NCBI GenBank assembly: GCA_002104905.1
Contig: MCFE01000061.1
Span: forward strand, 124,001-188,000
Reading direction: 5' to 3'
DNA length: 64,000 nt
Origin: Basidiobolus meristosporus CBS 931.73
Taxonomy: Eukaryota; Fungi; Basidiobolomycota
This document shows, in pieces, positions 1 to 12,422 of the stretch. The notes beneath the pieces were generated by a model that saw nothing but the letters and a program-made list of their open reading frames with translations, was not told the origin of the DNA and made no database searches. A program made the position numbers and the translations under genes. The stretch's first letter is position 1, and every line of letters begins with the position of its first letter.

Positions 1-696
1 GATGAAATCAGGCTTTCGTGGGTTACTTGTGTCAAGTGGTAATGGCGAGTTGAGCTCCTCGCGCTCACAATCCCAGCGTGTAAGGCCAATTTGAGTTGAA
101 TGATGAGATTGGTGATGGTTTCAAGTGTGATACCTCCATGTCGACTCCCTATGGAGGTTGGGGGTGGAGTGTGTGTGAATCAGGGGGCTCCAATGTCTTG
201 TAATCCAAGCTAACCTGGGTATGGTTCTCATCTAGGCGATTGTTAGACTTGGAGCTAGGACTGTTGGAGTTTCCGGGGAATAGCCGCTGGCTTGGCGTGT
301 GATGGATGGTGCTGTGGACTAAAAGCAAGTCAAATCTTGGGTTGAATCCATTTTCTCACTTCAAGAAAACAAAATGGATATATTTGCATCCAAATCGAGC
401 CGGTTTGCCCAGGAGTGCAATGTACAGAGGGTCAAGTTTCACATTAATACTGTGCCTCTTTGCTTCACGACCTTCTAAGAGCATACGGCATATCAAGAAA
501 ACTGAGAATGCAGGGCCTTCGTGGTATTTGTAGTCACACCCCCTAGTCAGAAAGGAATCAAAGCGAGAACGTGCTGCCAAAATCGCGCTATAAATAAGTC
601 ACAGAGCTTCCCATGGGGAAGTAGCCCTTCACCCCACTTCCTTGCAGATATTCAAGTCGTCTTTCCCTCGCGTATCCTGAGATATTTGAAGACATT

Positions 697-1972
697 ATGC
701 AACCGTGGATAGGGCTAGTAGTCATAGTATCGGTTGGCATCTTAGCCATTCCATTGTATCTTTATATTCATCTGTTACTACGAAGAGTATCCAAGCGAAC
801 TGAACGACCAGTTGACATGGAGTTTGTCTCCTACTGGTAAGTTACCGCTTTAGTATAAACATTGTGTTAACCTCAGATGTAACCACCTCCTTGTAGTCTA
901 TACCCGTCATTGCTGGGGTGCTTATTGATTGCTATAAATATAGCCCTGCCTTTGCTAGATGAGCTGCCAGAGAATGTGTTCCGTATCATTAGACATGTGC
1001 TGGCGATACTCTTGATTGTTGATGTCACCTGGGTATTAATCAATGTGGCTCGAGCCAGTACAAGGATCATTGCTAGATACGGAGAGAAGAAAGAGAATGA
1101 CCAGAGCACGGAGAAAGGCAAACTTTATGCTACAATCTTGCGTCGCTTTTTGATAGCGTTTATTGTGTTCATTGCGATCGCCGCTATCCTGCTGACCTTT
1201 CCGGACGTACGGCAGATGGGCATTAGCATGCTGGTTGGTGTTGGAGTTCTGAGCCTAGTGGTAGGGATCGCGCTTCGGCCATTGATTGAAGACCTTCTGA
1301 CCAGCCTGCAAGTCACCATCACAGAGCCGATTTCGTTGTTTGATCAGGTTACAGTGGATGACTATCACGGAAAAGTTGGTAAGTTGCACACCTGCATGCT
1401 ATTTTTGCACCAGCACTCACTCCTAAACCAACATAGAGGAAATTCATATGTTTCATGCTGTATTGAAAGCGCCTGATGACAGCCGGTACATGGTTCCGTT
1501 GTCCAGGTTTACCAAAAAGCCATTTCAGAATTGGACAAAAGGGTGCAATCACAAGATTGGTGAGGTGAAATTGGTGGTGGATTACGGCATCCCTATAACG
1601 AATCTTCGCACTCAACTGCAAAAGATTGTTGCCTCATGTCCGTTTTGGGACAAGCGAAAGGCAATGTTGCAGGTAAGGCCTTTGGAGGCTTTCAAATTTG
1701 GCGACCACTGAAACGCTTATCCATTCCAGGTTACTGACTCCACAGAATTCTGTATGCAAGTGTCGTGCTATGTGAGTTCAGTCAATATCGACACGCAGCA
1801 CGAACTAACGTGCTACGTTCGCGAGAAGATGTTGGATTATATCATCACTAGTTTCCGGCCAAACGTTCCTCAAGATACCAGCCGAAGAGCAGGTCTCGAG
1901 CGGGCCTCAAGTAGTGAAAGTAGTGAGCCTGGACACCACTGGTACGAGCATATCAAGCGAACCACTCGATAA
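697..1972 (+). CDS. Small-conductance mechanosensitive channel, MscS family, bacterial-type architecture (~366 aa, 4 exons: 697-836, 897-1378, 1437-1672, 1730-1972)
   Basis: Splicing at GT-AG introns 837-896, 1379-1436 and 1673-1729 gives one frame of 1101 nt. It has hydrophobic helices, then EPISLFDQVTVDDYHGKVEEIHMFHAVLKAPDDSRYMVPLSRFTKKPFQNWT and WDKRKAMLQVTDSTEFCMQVSCYVSS...TCYVREKMLDY, matching MscS beta and C-terminal domains. TATA-like tataaata at ~589. Start codon is uncertain. Confidence 0.85.
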
Positions 1973-3683
1973 TGTGTTGCCAACAATCTGTGTCCCCGAG
2001 TTTGCCAAGTTGCTGTGCTGGTTGAATAATGGATGTTGATCATTTTCATGTGCTATGATGCTGCTGGTCCCTGGAGTTTGTTTCGGTTCATTTTACATTA
2101 TTGGTATGCGCCTTTTTGTATGCTCCTTTATTTTCTGAAGTTTGTTTTGCACACCCACTCCCACCTATAGAACTGGGTTTACTAGGACTAGCGTATCCCA
2201 TGAGTTGTTAGATTCTAGCTTGTCGTTGAGGAAGCACCAGGTGTGTGCGAGTTTCACAGAGATCTTTGCTGAATCTTCCTCCATAAGATTTGATCTGAGA
2301 ATTCCTTATTAAAAGGGCTGTCTTACATCGAAGGATTTTTTGATCAATGGTCGCTCAAGGACCTTCCTATTTTTGCTAGTATAGTCTCGTGTAGTAGAAC
2401 ATGCACCGAAACCCCATTGTGCATGGCCCAGAAACAATGGCATGTGCAACTTTTACTGTGTTGAACACTTCCCTCCCAGATAGACCTCCCAATCCTATTT
2501 TTACTAGTTGTTTGGAACGGAAGCATCTGATTTTGACAGATAGAGCCGATCTACAATCCCTGTAGTGTCTGTACCAACCTCCGCGCACACAATAGAGACA
2601 GCAGCTACGTGAGACACAGAACCACTTGTTCAATCGGATTATATAATCAAGCCCGTCCTAATCCATACATAGCTGTGGGTTAAACCGTGCGCACGGAGCC
2701 TGGTGGTGATTTGCCCGGAATGGCGACAATTATAGCCACTAGAGATCAGAGCATTTCTCGTTGCTGACGCGGTACCAAATTGCCTCTGTGGGGTTGGGGT
2801 ACAATGCAGAATTGAAATCGAGAGATCACGCTGACAATGTTTCAAATCTGTGTCTCTTGTCCCATCAACCTAGCCAAACGATTCACTGCTGGCGTGTATG
2901 GAGTAATCTAAAATTGCGATCTTGTCGTGTATACCAATGGTTCAATCCCTCTAACTTCCCGGTGTAAGTTGATCTGGATTGAAATTGGCGATTTCTATAT
3001 ATTCATTGAAGTATTATTAGTCGTTACCATGTCAATAGTTTATCTATAGATATTCTCCAGCTGCCTTTAGGAAACAGTCATTGGTCAAGGCCTTCCGCAC
3101 TTGGCAGTATTATTGGCACCAGATGCGCTGTGCTGATGTAACAAATCAATATCAGGACTGCTTGCGGGGTAGAGATGGGCTATACATGCTCCACGAGTAG
3201 CTGCTGCAGCTCCAACACCCAAGAATAAGCTTATGTGTATAGCCCACGCTAATTGTTAGGGGGGGGCACAGCTATATCATTGGTCTGTCTAGAAGCTTGG
3301 AGACTGTCGTGATTGAAAAAATATATGGATTATACCAGCCTCTCCTGTCAACCCAATGCACTTGCTCAGCCGAGTTGGCATCGATTATATCATTTGCTCT
3401 TTGCAACTTGGTGATCTAACTGCACACTGGTGGTTATTATTTTATCCAGCAAGCAGATTTTTATAGAGCCAACATCATCTACAGAGCCTGACAGTTACTG
3501 TACTGCTGTTGAGGGCCTGCCAAGCCCAATCAAATCCTTTGTGTAAATATAGCCTTCTGCAAGTGGTTTGGATGACCTCAAGCCCTTTCTAACGGCTGAA
3601 GTAGGTATATAACCAGTGATTCTGCTCAGACACTCCGTATACTTTGGTTGATCCTCTGAAAACTTTCCTTTATAATAGCCTGT

Positions 3684-4608
3684 ATGGATTCTCTACATTC
3701 TAGTGACGCTTCATCTTCAATGGGTTTGGCTGGCGTGGGTGGTTCATCCATGTTCATGAATAGTGTTCAGCTGGCTGAACTTACGCATAGCAATATGCAG
3801 CTGGATGGGAGTGACATGCATTCATTCATTGTTAGCAAGAAACCAAGATTTGCCGAGCCCACACCTATCTCCATGCTTCTTTCGTTGAACGCTTTGAAGG
3901 AAGGGAACCAGCACAATTCAACCGAACAGAGACCTTCGGAAAGCTCGTTAGCTTCCGATCTCCCATCTCCCTCAAGAAGACCTACGGTAAGCCACATACG
4001 CAATCCCAGGTGGGCACCACATCCAACTAAACTGGGCTCTTTAGCTTTCAAGCTCGCCCGAACCCGCACCATACCCATTCCATCCCATCCCTGATCATGA
4101 AAACCCTAGAAGGCCCACAACCAGAGTTGCTCGTAGATCGAAGAAATACTCATCCCATAGCCCACCACTGGATCCGGTTGCTCCAGTGGAAGCATCGTAT
4201 CCCATGTCCACATCTAGTTCAGGCAACATCAAAAAAGTGTATGTGCAGAAGGCATGTATTAACTGTAAATTTTCCCACGTCGCGTGCGACACCAACCGAC
4301 CATGCCTCCGCTGCATCCGTAACGGTAAAGCCGCTTCGTGCATTGATGCGGCGAGAAAAAAGCGAGGCCGGCCCAGTACTAAGCAAAGCTCCTCCACCGA
4401 AGACTCTGACACAAGTCTTGACAGTCCTACCAAGCTTAGTCCTATCCGCATCTTTGACTCCAACAATGAAGGGATCCCCAGTTACTCGCTAATCAATACC
4501 CCCGCCGGACCCAATGGTATAGGAACCATCTACAAGAAAACCTCACTTAGAGCTATTTTGCTTTTTCCGGCAGATTTAGACAGGGCAAGCCCATACCCTT
4601 CAGCTTGA
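3684..4608 (+). CDS. Zn(II)2Cys6 transcription factor (ERT1/RDS2/AcuK-like zinc cluster), 2 exons 3684-3986 and 4045-4608
   Basis: KACINCKFSHVACDTNRPCLRCIRNGKAASCIDAARKKRGRP is a six-cysteine cluster. Phase-0 intron 3987-4044 (gtaagc...actaa...ttag) joins the two ORFs in frame. Confidence 0.8.
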
Positions 4609-5005
4609 TGCGATGCCGCTTCGTTCTTTCCAATTCCCATACGACTTGATGTCGAGGAATTCTTTTCAAACTTGTTTTGAGTTGGGTATTTTAGTAGTCT
4701 ACCCAATCGCTGGCGATAATTGCAGTTCCCCCGTATATTTTCTTCCCACCGCAGAATTCGTGATTTTGTTGCAACACACCAAGATGCCCAACTGGATGTG
4801 GGTCTTGGCACATCGCTCGATTAATAAACCACGTAATAATAAGCAAGTGAACACCTAAGTGCTGAATCAATCATATAGAATGAACGTGTATCGCTCACGG
4901 TTGATGTATGAATTTTATTTTGGAGGTGAAGTCACCACCGATGCTCATTGTATGAAACTGGCAAATCGTTGCTTGGCAGAAATGTATATGGATGAAGAGA
5001 TGTCT

Positions 5006-5707
5006 CTATAGATCAATGGGTGGAGGTTGATTCTGGTTCAAGGCCTCTTGTAATTGCTCATGGCTCAGCTGTACAAGACAGCATTCACCTTGCAAACCTT
5101 GGAAAGGTGCTGTTCCATTGTATTTGAATTCGGCGTATTTGCAACTAGCCTCGACGGTAGCCCCGAACTTCCTTAGCGTGCTGTAGGTGTATGGGCTTGA
5201 GCATTCGGCAATGAAGAATTTAAAGTTCTTTCTGCGAGCGACTTGAAAGGATAACAAGCAGAGGTTTTTGAATATCCCACGTCGAGAAAAATTCGGATGA
5301 ACGCCCACCATAACTCCGTGGAAATATTGGCCTTCATTTTGTCGATGTTGGAAGTAGACATTGTCTAGTTGCTCCAGAAACTGTAGTATAGGATCCTGGG
5401 CAGCCTCAAGATCGAACTGTTCCAGTATACAATTCCCGTTGAGAAAAACACCAACCACCTGCTCTGTATGCTTCTCGAAGGCGTAAACGGATATCTCATG
5501 GGGAATACTTGCCTCCGCTAGGTTGCTCACGTATTCAGAGATAAACTTATAAACTTGTTCTTTGGGGTAGATTTTCTGCAGCTCACACTCAAGGGAACCA
5601 TGGTTGAAGAAACTTTCGATAATCAGCGACTTGCATTGCTGAACGATGTTGCTTGCAGTGGTTGGCTTCAGCAACCCGAAGACTATTTCCTCCTTCAGTA
5701 TCGTCAT
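5006..5707 (-). CDS. GNAT-family N-acetyltransferase (insect AANAT-like), single exon, 233 aa
   Basis: Acetyl-CoA binding motif A: MVGVHPNFSRRGIFKNL, then FKFFIAECSSPYTYSTLRKFG and YAEFKYNGTAPF. Confidence 0.75.
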   Translation of the reverse strand: MTILKEEIVFGLLKPTTASNIVQQCKSLIIESFFNHGSLECELQKIYPKEQVYKFISEYVSNLAEASIPHEISVYAFEKHTEQVVGVFLNGNCILEQFDLEAAQDPILQFLEQLDNVYFQHRQNEGQYFHGVMVGVHPNFSRRGIFKNLCLLSFQVARRKNFKFFIAECSSPYTYSTLRKFGATVEASCKYAEFKYNGTAPFQGLQGECCLVQLSHEQLQEALNQNQPPPIDL

Positions 5708-6058
5708 ATTCGCTTTGGTCTTTAGCTAGGAAGAGTCGGATACACTGGCAAAGCCGTTGCGTTGCATCTCGTCAGCTGCCACAGTAATATATAAGGCATG
5801 TTGGTAACACTTTAGAATCCTTCCACTTGTAGAATATTCTTCTGCAATGAGCCAATTATATATTTGGAGCGCTGGACAGTTGTGTTTTCAGGCAATCCAA
5901 TTTACAGTCCCAAATAGAATCGTGCATTTCATAGGTTTGATCTCCAGGCTGCGCCACCTAGAGAGATGAGCCAATTGAGAATAGTTTCATGTAGGATATA
6001 TCAGATGAGGTTGGACTTGGTTGCAACTTATTCTTTGTAATTTGTGGAGATTATCGGA

Positions 6059-8453
6059 ATGGATTTAGAAGCGCGCAACGCCTTAAGCCATTTAATTAAC
6101 TCCATCACTACCACAGGGGAATTACGGATCAACGAAGTGAAATTAAAGGTACATTTTTCTATGATATCTCTTTGTAAGAACAGAGAGTATTGACACTTGC
6201 AATACTTCTTCAAACGCGAAATAAAGGAATTTAAAAAAATTTGCAAAAGATCAAATAGCAATGTCGAGAGTGCATATCAACTGTTGATGACTCAGCTCAA
6301 GAAAAGACACGCGCAGGTACTAAATCTCAGCTTGTTTGTGTTGTTGGCTAAACTTACTTACTCCGTTTGGTAAATAGATAAGATATAGTTGTGTGCAATT
6401 AATTGAAACTTTGTTTAGCCGCTCGCATCACTTCCGTCTACTGTTATCCGAAGAGTTTCCTATCTTTCTTCAGTACACAATTGGCATTCATGGGAAGGAT
6501 CTGCCACCACCCAAGGAGTCAGCGCATAAGCTACGCGAATTGACGCTTGATCACATCAAAAACTGGAATCTAAAATTTGGAGATACATACAAACAGGTAG
6601 GGTAATTTCCTTCTATACGTAAGTCATAAGCTTCCTCTTTTCCCAGGCACTAAACCTCCGGCACACTTTTAGCTTGCTTTAGGCTGTCAATACCTAAAAA
6701 ACCATTTGCAGATTGACTTTTCAGACCGTTCGACTTTCACACGTAACACACTAACCGATGAAAAACAAGAAAGAATTAAAGCTGCTAGGAGAAAGCGCTT
6801 TGATACGGTCAAAGAAGAGATGGACGAGCAACTAATCAATATATTAGAGAATCTTAAACAAATGGTAATTAGCACGTTACCTCTCGTCTGCGTATGCGAA
6901 TAATTGTACAGACCATGCTCTTTGTAGGACTCCTGCTTTGAGATATTGGTTCCCCTGTATGAGGGAAGTAACGAAGATGTACCAACAAGTCATACTCATG
7001 CTAATGAACCATCCATCAGAGAGGTAGAGAACGATTGTTTTGTTCACTAGCTATCTCTTAATTGATAATATTCATCCACTTCGAAGATCGTCCATATGCA
7101 CGGGCTAGGGTCGAATCGTTATAAAATTACAATTGACCTGAACAGGGCTAAGGAATCTCTTCATATCGATGAAAACCCGGAGAATTCAGCTATCTACGAA
7201 ACGCTTCGTGAATCGTACAAAGTCCTGGACCACAAGCACTTGAATCAAGTCAACACCTGGATTAGCCAGTTAATGAAATCTGAAAGCAATGTAAGCAATG
7301 CCCAATATTCTGCTATCGTGTTGCAGATGACTCTGACCACTCCCATCAGAATGAACAGGATCGAAACGACTTGTTGAAGAAAGCAATCAATGTAAGAAAC
7401 GCCTTGCAAACCGCAAAATCGAAAAGCCAAGACTTACAGATCGATAAAGCGAATCACGTTGTAGTGAACGATGACGATGACGACGAAAGCGAAGTTGAGT
7501 TTGAGGAAGTGCCGATCTTTACACAAGAAGGCCAACCATCTACATCCTCCACAACAGCAGAGCCAACTCCGACACCTATCGAAGAAAAGAAGCCAGATTC
7601 GAAGACAATCAACAAAGTGTCGAGATCCGTTTACCACGACACGATCTTTTCATTGAAGAATGAGGTGGGGTTAGAGGAGGATCCGACAATGAGCAGACCT
7701 AGGCTAGGCCCTATCATCACTGATCCACCGCGCAAAGAGCTGAACCCCGTAGGGGCTGCCTCCTCGGATTCCAAGGAAAATGAGAAAATCCAAGAGCTTC
7801 TGAAGCGAGCACCCGTCATAGAATATGATACAGACCTGGATTACTGGGAAGCCAAAGAGCTACCGTTTAACACAACTGGGTTGGAATACTCGCATAGGTT
7901 TTATGGTACCTCGACCGGTGAGAACTGTGTTTCTAAAGACACGCTGGATCGAATGAAGATGCGAGCCGTCTATTACAAGCCACAGCCTCGTGAAATCAAA
8001 GCTTGTCGCGCCCCCATGAAAAGCGGCAAGCTATGTACTAGACGAGATCTTGTGCGGTGTCCATTTCATGGGAAGGTCATTCCCAGAGACGAGTATGGGC
8101 GGCCTAGTGAAACCCAAGAAAGCCCATCAGTAGAGGAAGACAAGGCGGAAACGTGGGAGGATTTGGAAGAAGATATACAAAACACGTTGCATCTAGAACA
8201 CCACCAAAAGGGACGAAGAAAGAAGAAGCGAGAATCGGGACTCATCGATATTCGCACCAAGCCCGATACCAGCCGTAGTAGACTTCAAAAGAAGCTAGCC
8301 GATCCAAAAAAACGGAAAATCGCTGAAGAGGTAAGTGACACTTTACACAAGTATGCAGGTGTCCCTATCCCAACTGAGCATTTGAAATATCAGGTCATTG
8401 CTAATGAAGACCAGATGAAACTGAGAAATCGCAAAGCATTTGTCTGGAATTAG
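6059..8453 (+). CDS. UVSSA: UV-stimulated scaffold protein A homolog (multi-exon)
   Basis: N-terminal VHS-like region MDLEARNALSHLINSITTTGE...LFSRSHHFRLLLSEEFPIFLQYTIG...LPPPKESAHKLR...WNLKFG. C-terminal CRAPMKSGKLCTRRDLVRCPFHGKVIPRD zinc motif is typical of UVSSA. Confidence 0.9.
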
Positions 8454-9206
8454 TCGTTCAGGGATTCCAGGAAAGGGACTGGAATGCTGGTTGGAGAGGT
8501 GGTGTCAATCTGTTCGATCTGGCACAATTTTTGTAAGGGGCTATGCAACCCAACCTACATTCGAACAAGCAACCAAATGATATGTCCAGCTATTACCACT
8601 CAGTGACACCATAATTACCCAAACGATTACCCAGCACGAAATAGGAGCAGCGGCCTTTGCCCATTACGTGGTCGGAGGCTTACCAACTTCGAGTTCTCAG
8701 AGAGCTACACAAACATGTACCGGATGCCGCGAATGATTGTGGAGTTTAAAATTAGGCTTCGGTGGCATCATTACATCTCAATAAATAGGAATTTAAAATA
8801 GAAGTGAGGATTTAACAGTAAATGTGGAAGTCTACTGAATTAAAGGGCATTTGAGATGTGAAGTGACTGATTATTTGTGAAACACACCAGACGCTTAGCA
8901 TTCCAGGAATCCCCTTTTCCGCCGCCCCCTTTTTCACCACCTCTAGGCAGCTAGCCCAAATAACATCCGTATTTAGGATATATTTAGGATTGGGAAGTGA
9001 CAAAAAATTGATTTCTATTTGATTTATGATCCGTCAAGAAAATTTGCCCTTTTTTTAGCAAAACAATCATCAATACATATTTGATTTTTAAATCAATTTA
9101 CCGTATATCGACTGATATACATAAACATGTTGTCGCCTATGAGAATCCTTATCAATCTCATATATCATCTTCGTTCTCTTTATCTCCACAAGCACTTTCA
9201 AGAACA

Positions 9207-10030
9207 ATGAGTGATCGCGAAGGAGGAAACGGTCTGGATGATGATTTGTCTCTACCTAAAGGTAACTTATCCGATCCCTCTACTTCATGCGGCGACTCGA
9301 TGTTGTTAAGCTGGCCATTTCTACTCGGCTCATTGTTGTATACCCTAAGACTCCTTTTGTGTTTCGTTCAAGCGACTAGTCCGCCTTTGTCTTGGCTAAC
9401 TACGTATCCCTTTTTTTGCTATAGCTACCGTTCAAAAACTGATAAACGAAATGATGCCAGATGACATCGTCTGCGCTAAAGATACACGAGATTTATTAAT
9501 CGATTGCTGCGTTGGTAAGTTTCCACGGGCTGGACAGAAGTACTACTTCGGATCAAGACGTTCAAGCCACCTTCTTGAACTCCACCGTTGTGTAGAATGG
9601 GTATTAACTTGGCCTTTTTAGAGTTCATCCATTTGATCGCTTCCGAGGCGAATGAGATCTGTGAAAAGGAAGCCAAGAAAACTATAGCAGCCGAACATGT
9701 GATTGTCGCATTGCAGGTAATTCTCGATTCTTTTGACTTGGTCTTCATGCTTTCGCAACTCACCCACTGATGACCCTCAGACCCTTGGTTTCGAAAACTA
9801 TCTGCCCGAAGTCCAGGAAGTATTCAAAGAGCACAAAAAGCAACAAAAGGTACGGGCCAGCCAGACTGATAATCTTTCCAGCTTGGATAGCTGAGCCTTT
9901 TTTTGGCTAGGATCGTGACCGTAAAAGTTCTCGTTTGGAAAATAGCGGGATGTCCGAAGAGGAGCTACTCCGCAACCAGGCGATGTTGTTTGCTCAGGCA
10001 CGAATGAAATACGAAGCTCAGCAGCAGTGA
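9207..10030 (+). CDS. NCB2: Negative cofactor 2 beta subunit (Dr1/NCB2), histone fold, multi-exon
   Basis: Spliced reading DDDLSLPKATVQKLINEMMPDDIVCAKDTRDLLIDCCVEFIHLIASEANEICEKEAKKTIAAEHVIVALQ...SEEELLRNQAMLFAQAR. Confidence 0.93.
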
Positions 10031-10766
10031 AGTATCCCGCTTCTGCCCGACTTCCCGGAATCCTTTTCTTACGGAAAGAGCAAGATTTCGATTGATAATG
10101 TGCCATTCTTTAACTTCCTCACCCGTTCTGAACAACTGAGCTTTCTAAAATCTGCACCTGTTATGATTCTTTGTAAATACAGCTTGAATCTCACCTCGCC
10201 ACCGACCACATTCTTTGTTGATTGATTTTAAACCAACCCCACCAACCCCCACTCAACAAACCAAGTACTTTGAGCTTTATTTACATCAATAATAGAGTTG
10301 TTGGTTGACGCATCCGGAGTTTGCCTTGGATCCTTATTCCATCCCTCTTGATACGAGCTTGTTCTCGTCACCTTTGTACCCGTATTTCATCAGTGAAATT
10401 TCTACCACTTTCTACCATGAGTCCCCATCTTTTAGTGTATTCTTTTCGTTTTCAACGTCCCACTGTTCTTGGATAATTTATAGATCTTTCGCCAGCTACG
10501 AAGTTGCTAATTAGAATTTCCAGTAAACCACATCCGACAGCATAACAAATGAACGGGTTCCAATTTATTTGATTTTCAGATTCGGATTCAGATCGGGACT
10601 AGCAAATTCACGCCGGATGGTTGCTGCTGAAAAGGATGCATCGCCAAATATTCTCTTGACAGTGATATGGAGTTGATTCTACTTCGGAGTGCATGGGATT
10701 CAACGACGGCGAATGGTGGCTTGTACTTGGACGGTACGGTGGAGGCACGCAAGTGACCGAGGCTCC

Positions 10767-11773
10767 TCACTCGTCCATATCCTGCATGATGTACTCTTCG
10801 TAGGCGTAACCTCTACAAAAGCCAATACATCAGCGTGGTTCATTGATCTATCAAACCATTACAGCATACTTTTGACTGTCTAAATCGCTGTCCGATTCCG
10901 ACATATCGTCGTCCTCTCGAATTGGCCCTTGGTAGCTGGAATGCAATGGGCGAGTTAGCCAGGTGGGATCGGCCCGGTTCCAACTGGCTAGCCTTACCTC
11001 AGGTTGCTGCAAGTGAAGAAGAGTATGCGCTTGAGTTTCCGGTTGAAGAAGAAGTAATTAAAAGACCAGCTAATAAAGGGGTTCAACCATGTTGTTAACG
11101 AGAGATGATCAAGGTGCGAGGATAGTGGCTTGCATACATTGAACCTTCGTCGGCATACGGATCCGAATCGTCGTCGGGTATATAAGAGTAGACATCGCAG
11201 TCGTTCAGGGAGATGACCTCGTCGAGAACATCCCATAAACGATGGGATTGAATCAGGTCGGCCCGACCAAGGCTGAATAGTGTAGTGTTGATTGAATTCA
11301 TGACCATGGACAGGGACTGCTGTTTGCTGAACTGCTCGGGCTTCAAGTCGCTAGAGATATCCTGGGTTAGGATGTGTGCTGCCTTGGTCAGAAACTGGGG
11401 AAGAAACCTGAATTCGTAGTCGGGAAAGGAGGCATTGAGAGTTGATATCAGGTAAAACAGAGTTTTCCGGGAGGAGAGCTGATCAAGTGGACCGAACGGC
11501 GAAATGATCAGGTGGAAATTCTGCTCTGGGGATAGACTGTACGCAGTTAATTCCTCCTGGTGACGGGATTCCAGTTGTTTGAATAACTTCTTATCGCCAC
11601 CAGCGCTTTTACCTGGGGAAAATGCAATTACCATACGGCCTCTAGAGAGTGGAGCTCAACGAAGCTTACGTACAAGAGAAGGCTTCGACCCTCCCGTATA
11701 TTTTGCTGTCAGCAGTCTCGAAGATCAAATATTTGTTGATGACATCAAGGCTCGGGAACTCGAGAAACTTCAT
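10767..11773 (-). CDS. MAF1: RNA polymerase III repressor Maf1, multi-exon
   Basis: MKFLEFPSLDVIN...GRVEAFS, AGGDKKLFKQLE, SPFGPLDQLSSRKTLFYLISTLNASFPDYEF, WSFNYFFFNRKLKRILFF and an acidic tail. Confidence 0.93.
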
Positions 11774-12422
11774 TTGGCTCTTCACGATAACAAAGTGACT
11801 CGTACTAAACTTCGTCCTGCTAAATGCCCAGATATGATAAGCTAATCAAAACAAGAGTCTAACGTTGAGACGGTGGCGATCAAAACTCATATCAGTTAGG
11901 GCTCAGTTAAAAAGATTTGGTTGTAGTGGACCCAACAATACAAATGGAGCATCCGAGCAATGCAACGCACACGTGAACGCTGCTCCCGCAAATCATCTCT
12001 CTCAGGTGCATCACCCCGACTCTTCCTCCATGTAGAGTCAACAGCAACTCGACATATTGGCACTTGGCCAACCATTGCTGAGCACTGCAGAACCTATTTG
12101 TTGATGGCATGAGGTGTCAATTCCAGCACTGATGATTGGCGTGGCTGTTTCAAACAAGTAAAGTGGTGGCCCAAGACGCCAAGTGGTTTTCAAAAATTTA
12201 TGGCTCGTCATTCAAGTACAATTGAGGATGGAGGCCCTATCTATTCCGGTGTAAGTCGTCTCTTCCCGAGCAGCTGGCCTATTACAAGGTGGCCAGCAGT
12301 AATGCTATGCTGGAACCGAGTCCTACAATGGACCATGTAGCTTGGGGTAGAAACAAGTTGCATGGACACTCAAAGCGATTAACCTCAACTGCCTAATGGG
12401 TTGGTGTCTCAAACCCAATGCG

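Noticed and set aside
1-620. Possible minus-strand exons at the left edge and short ORFs 306-712
   Set aside because: Splice-like signals exist but no consistent frame, start or family motif; 580-700 looks like the MscS promoter/5' UTR.
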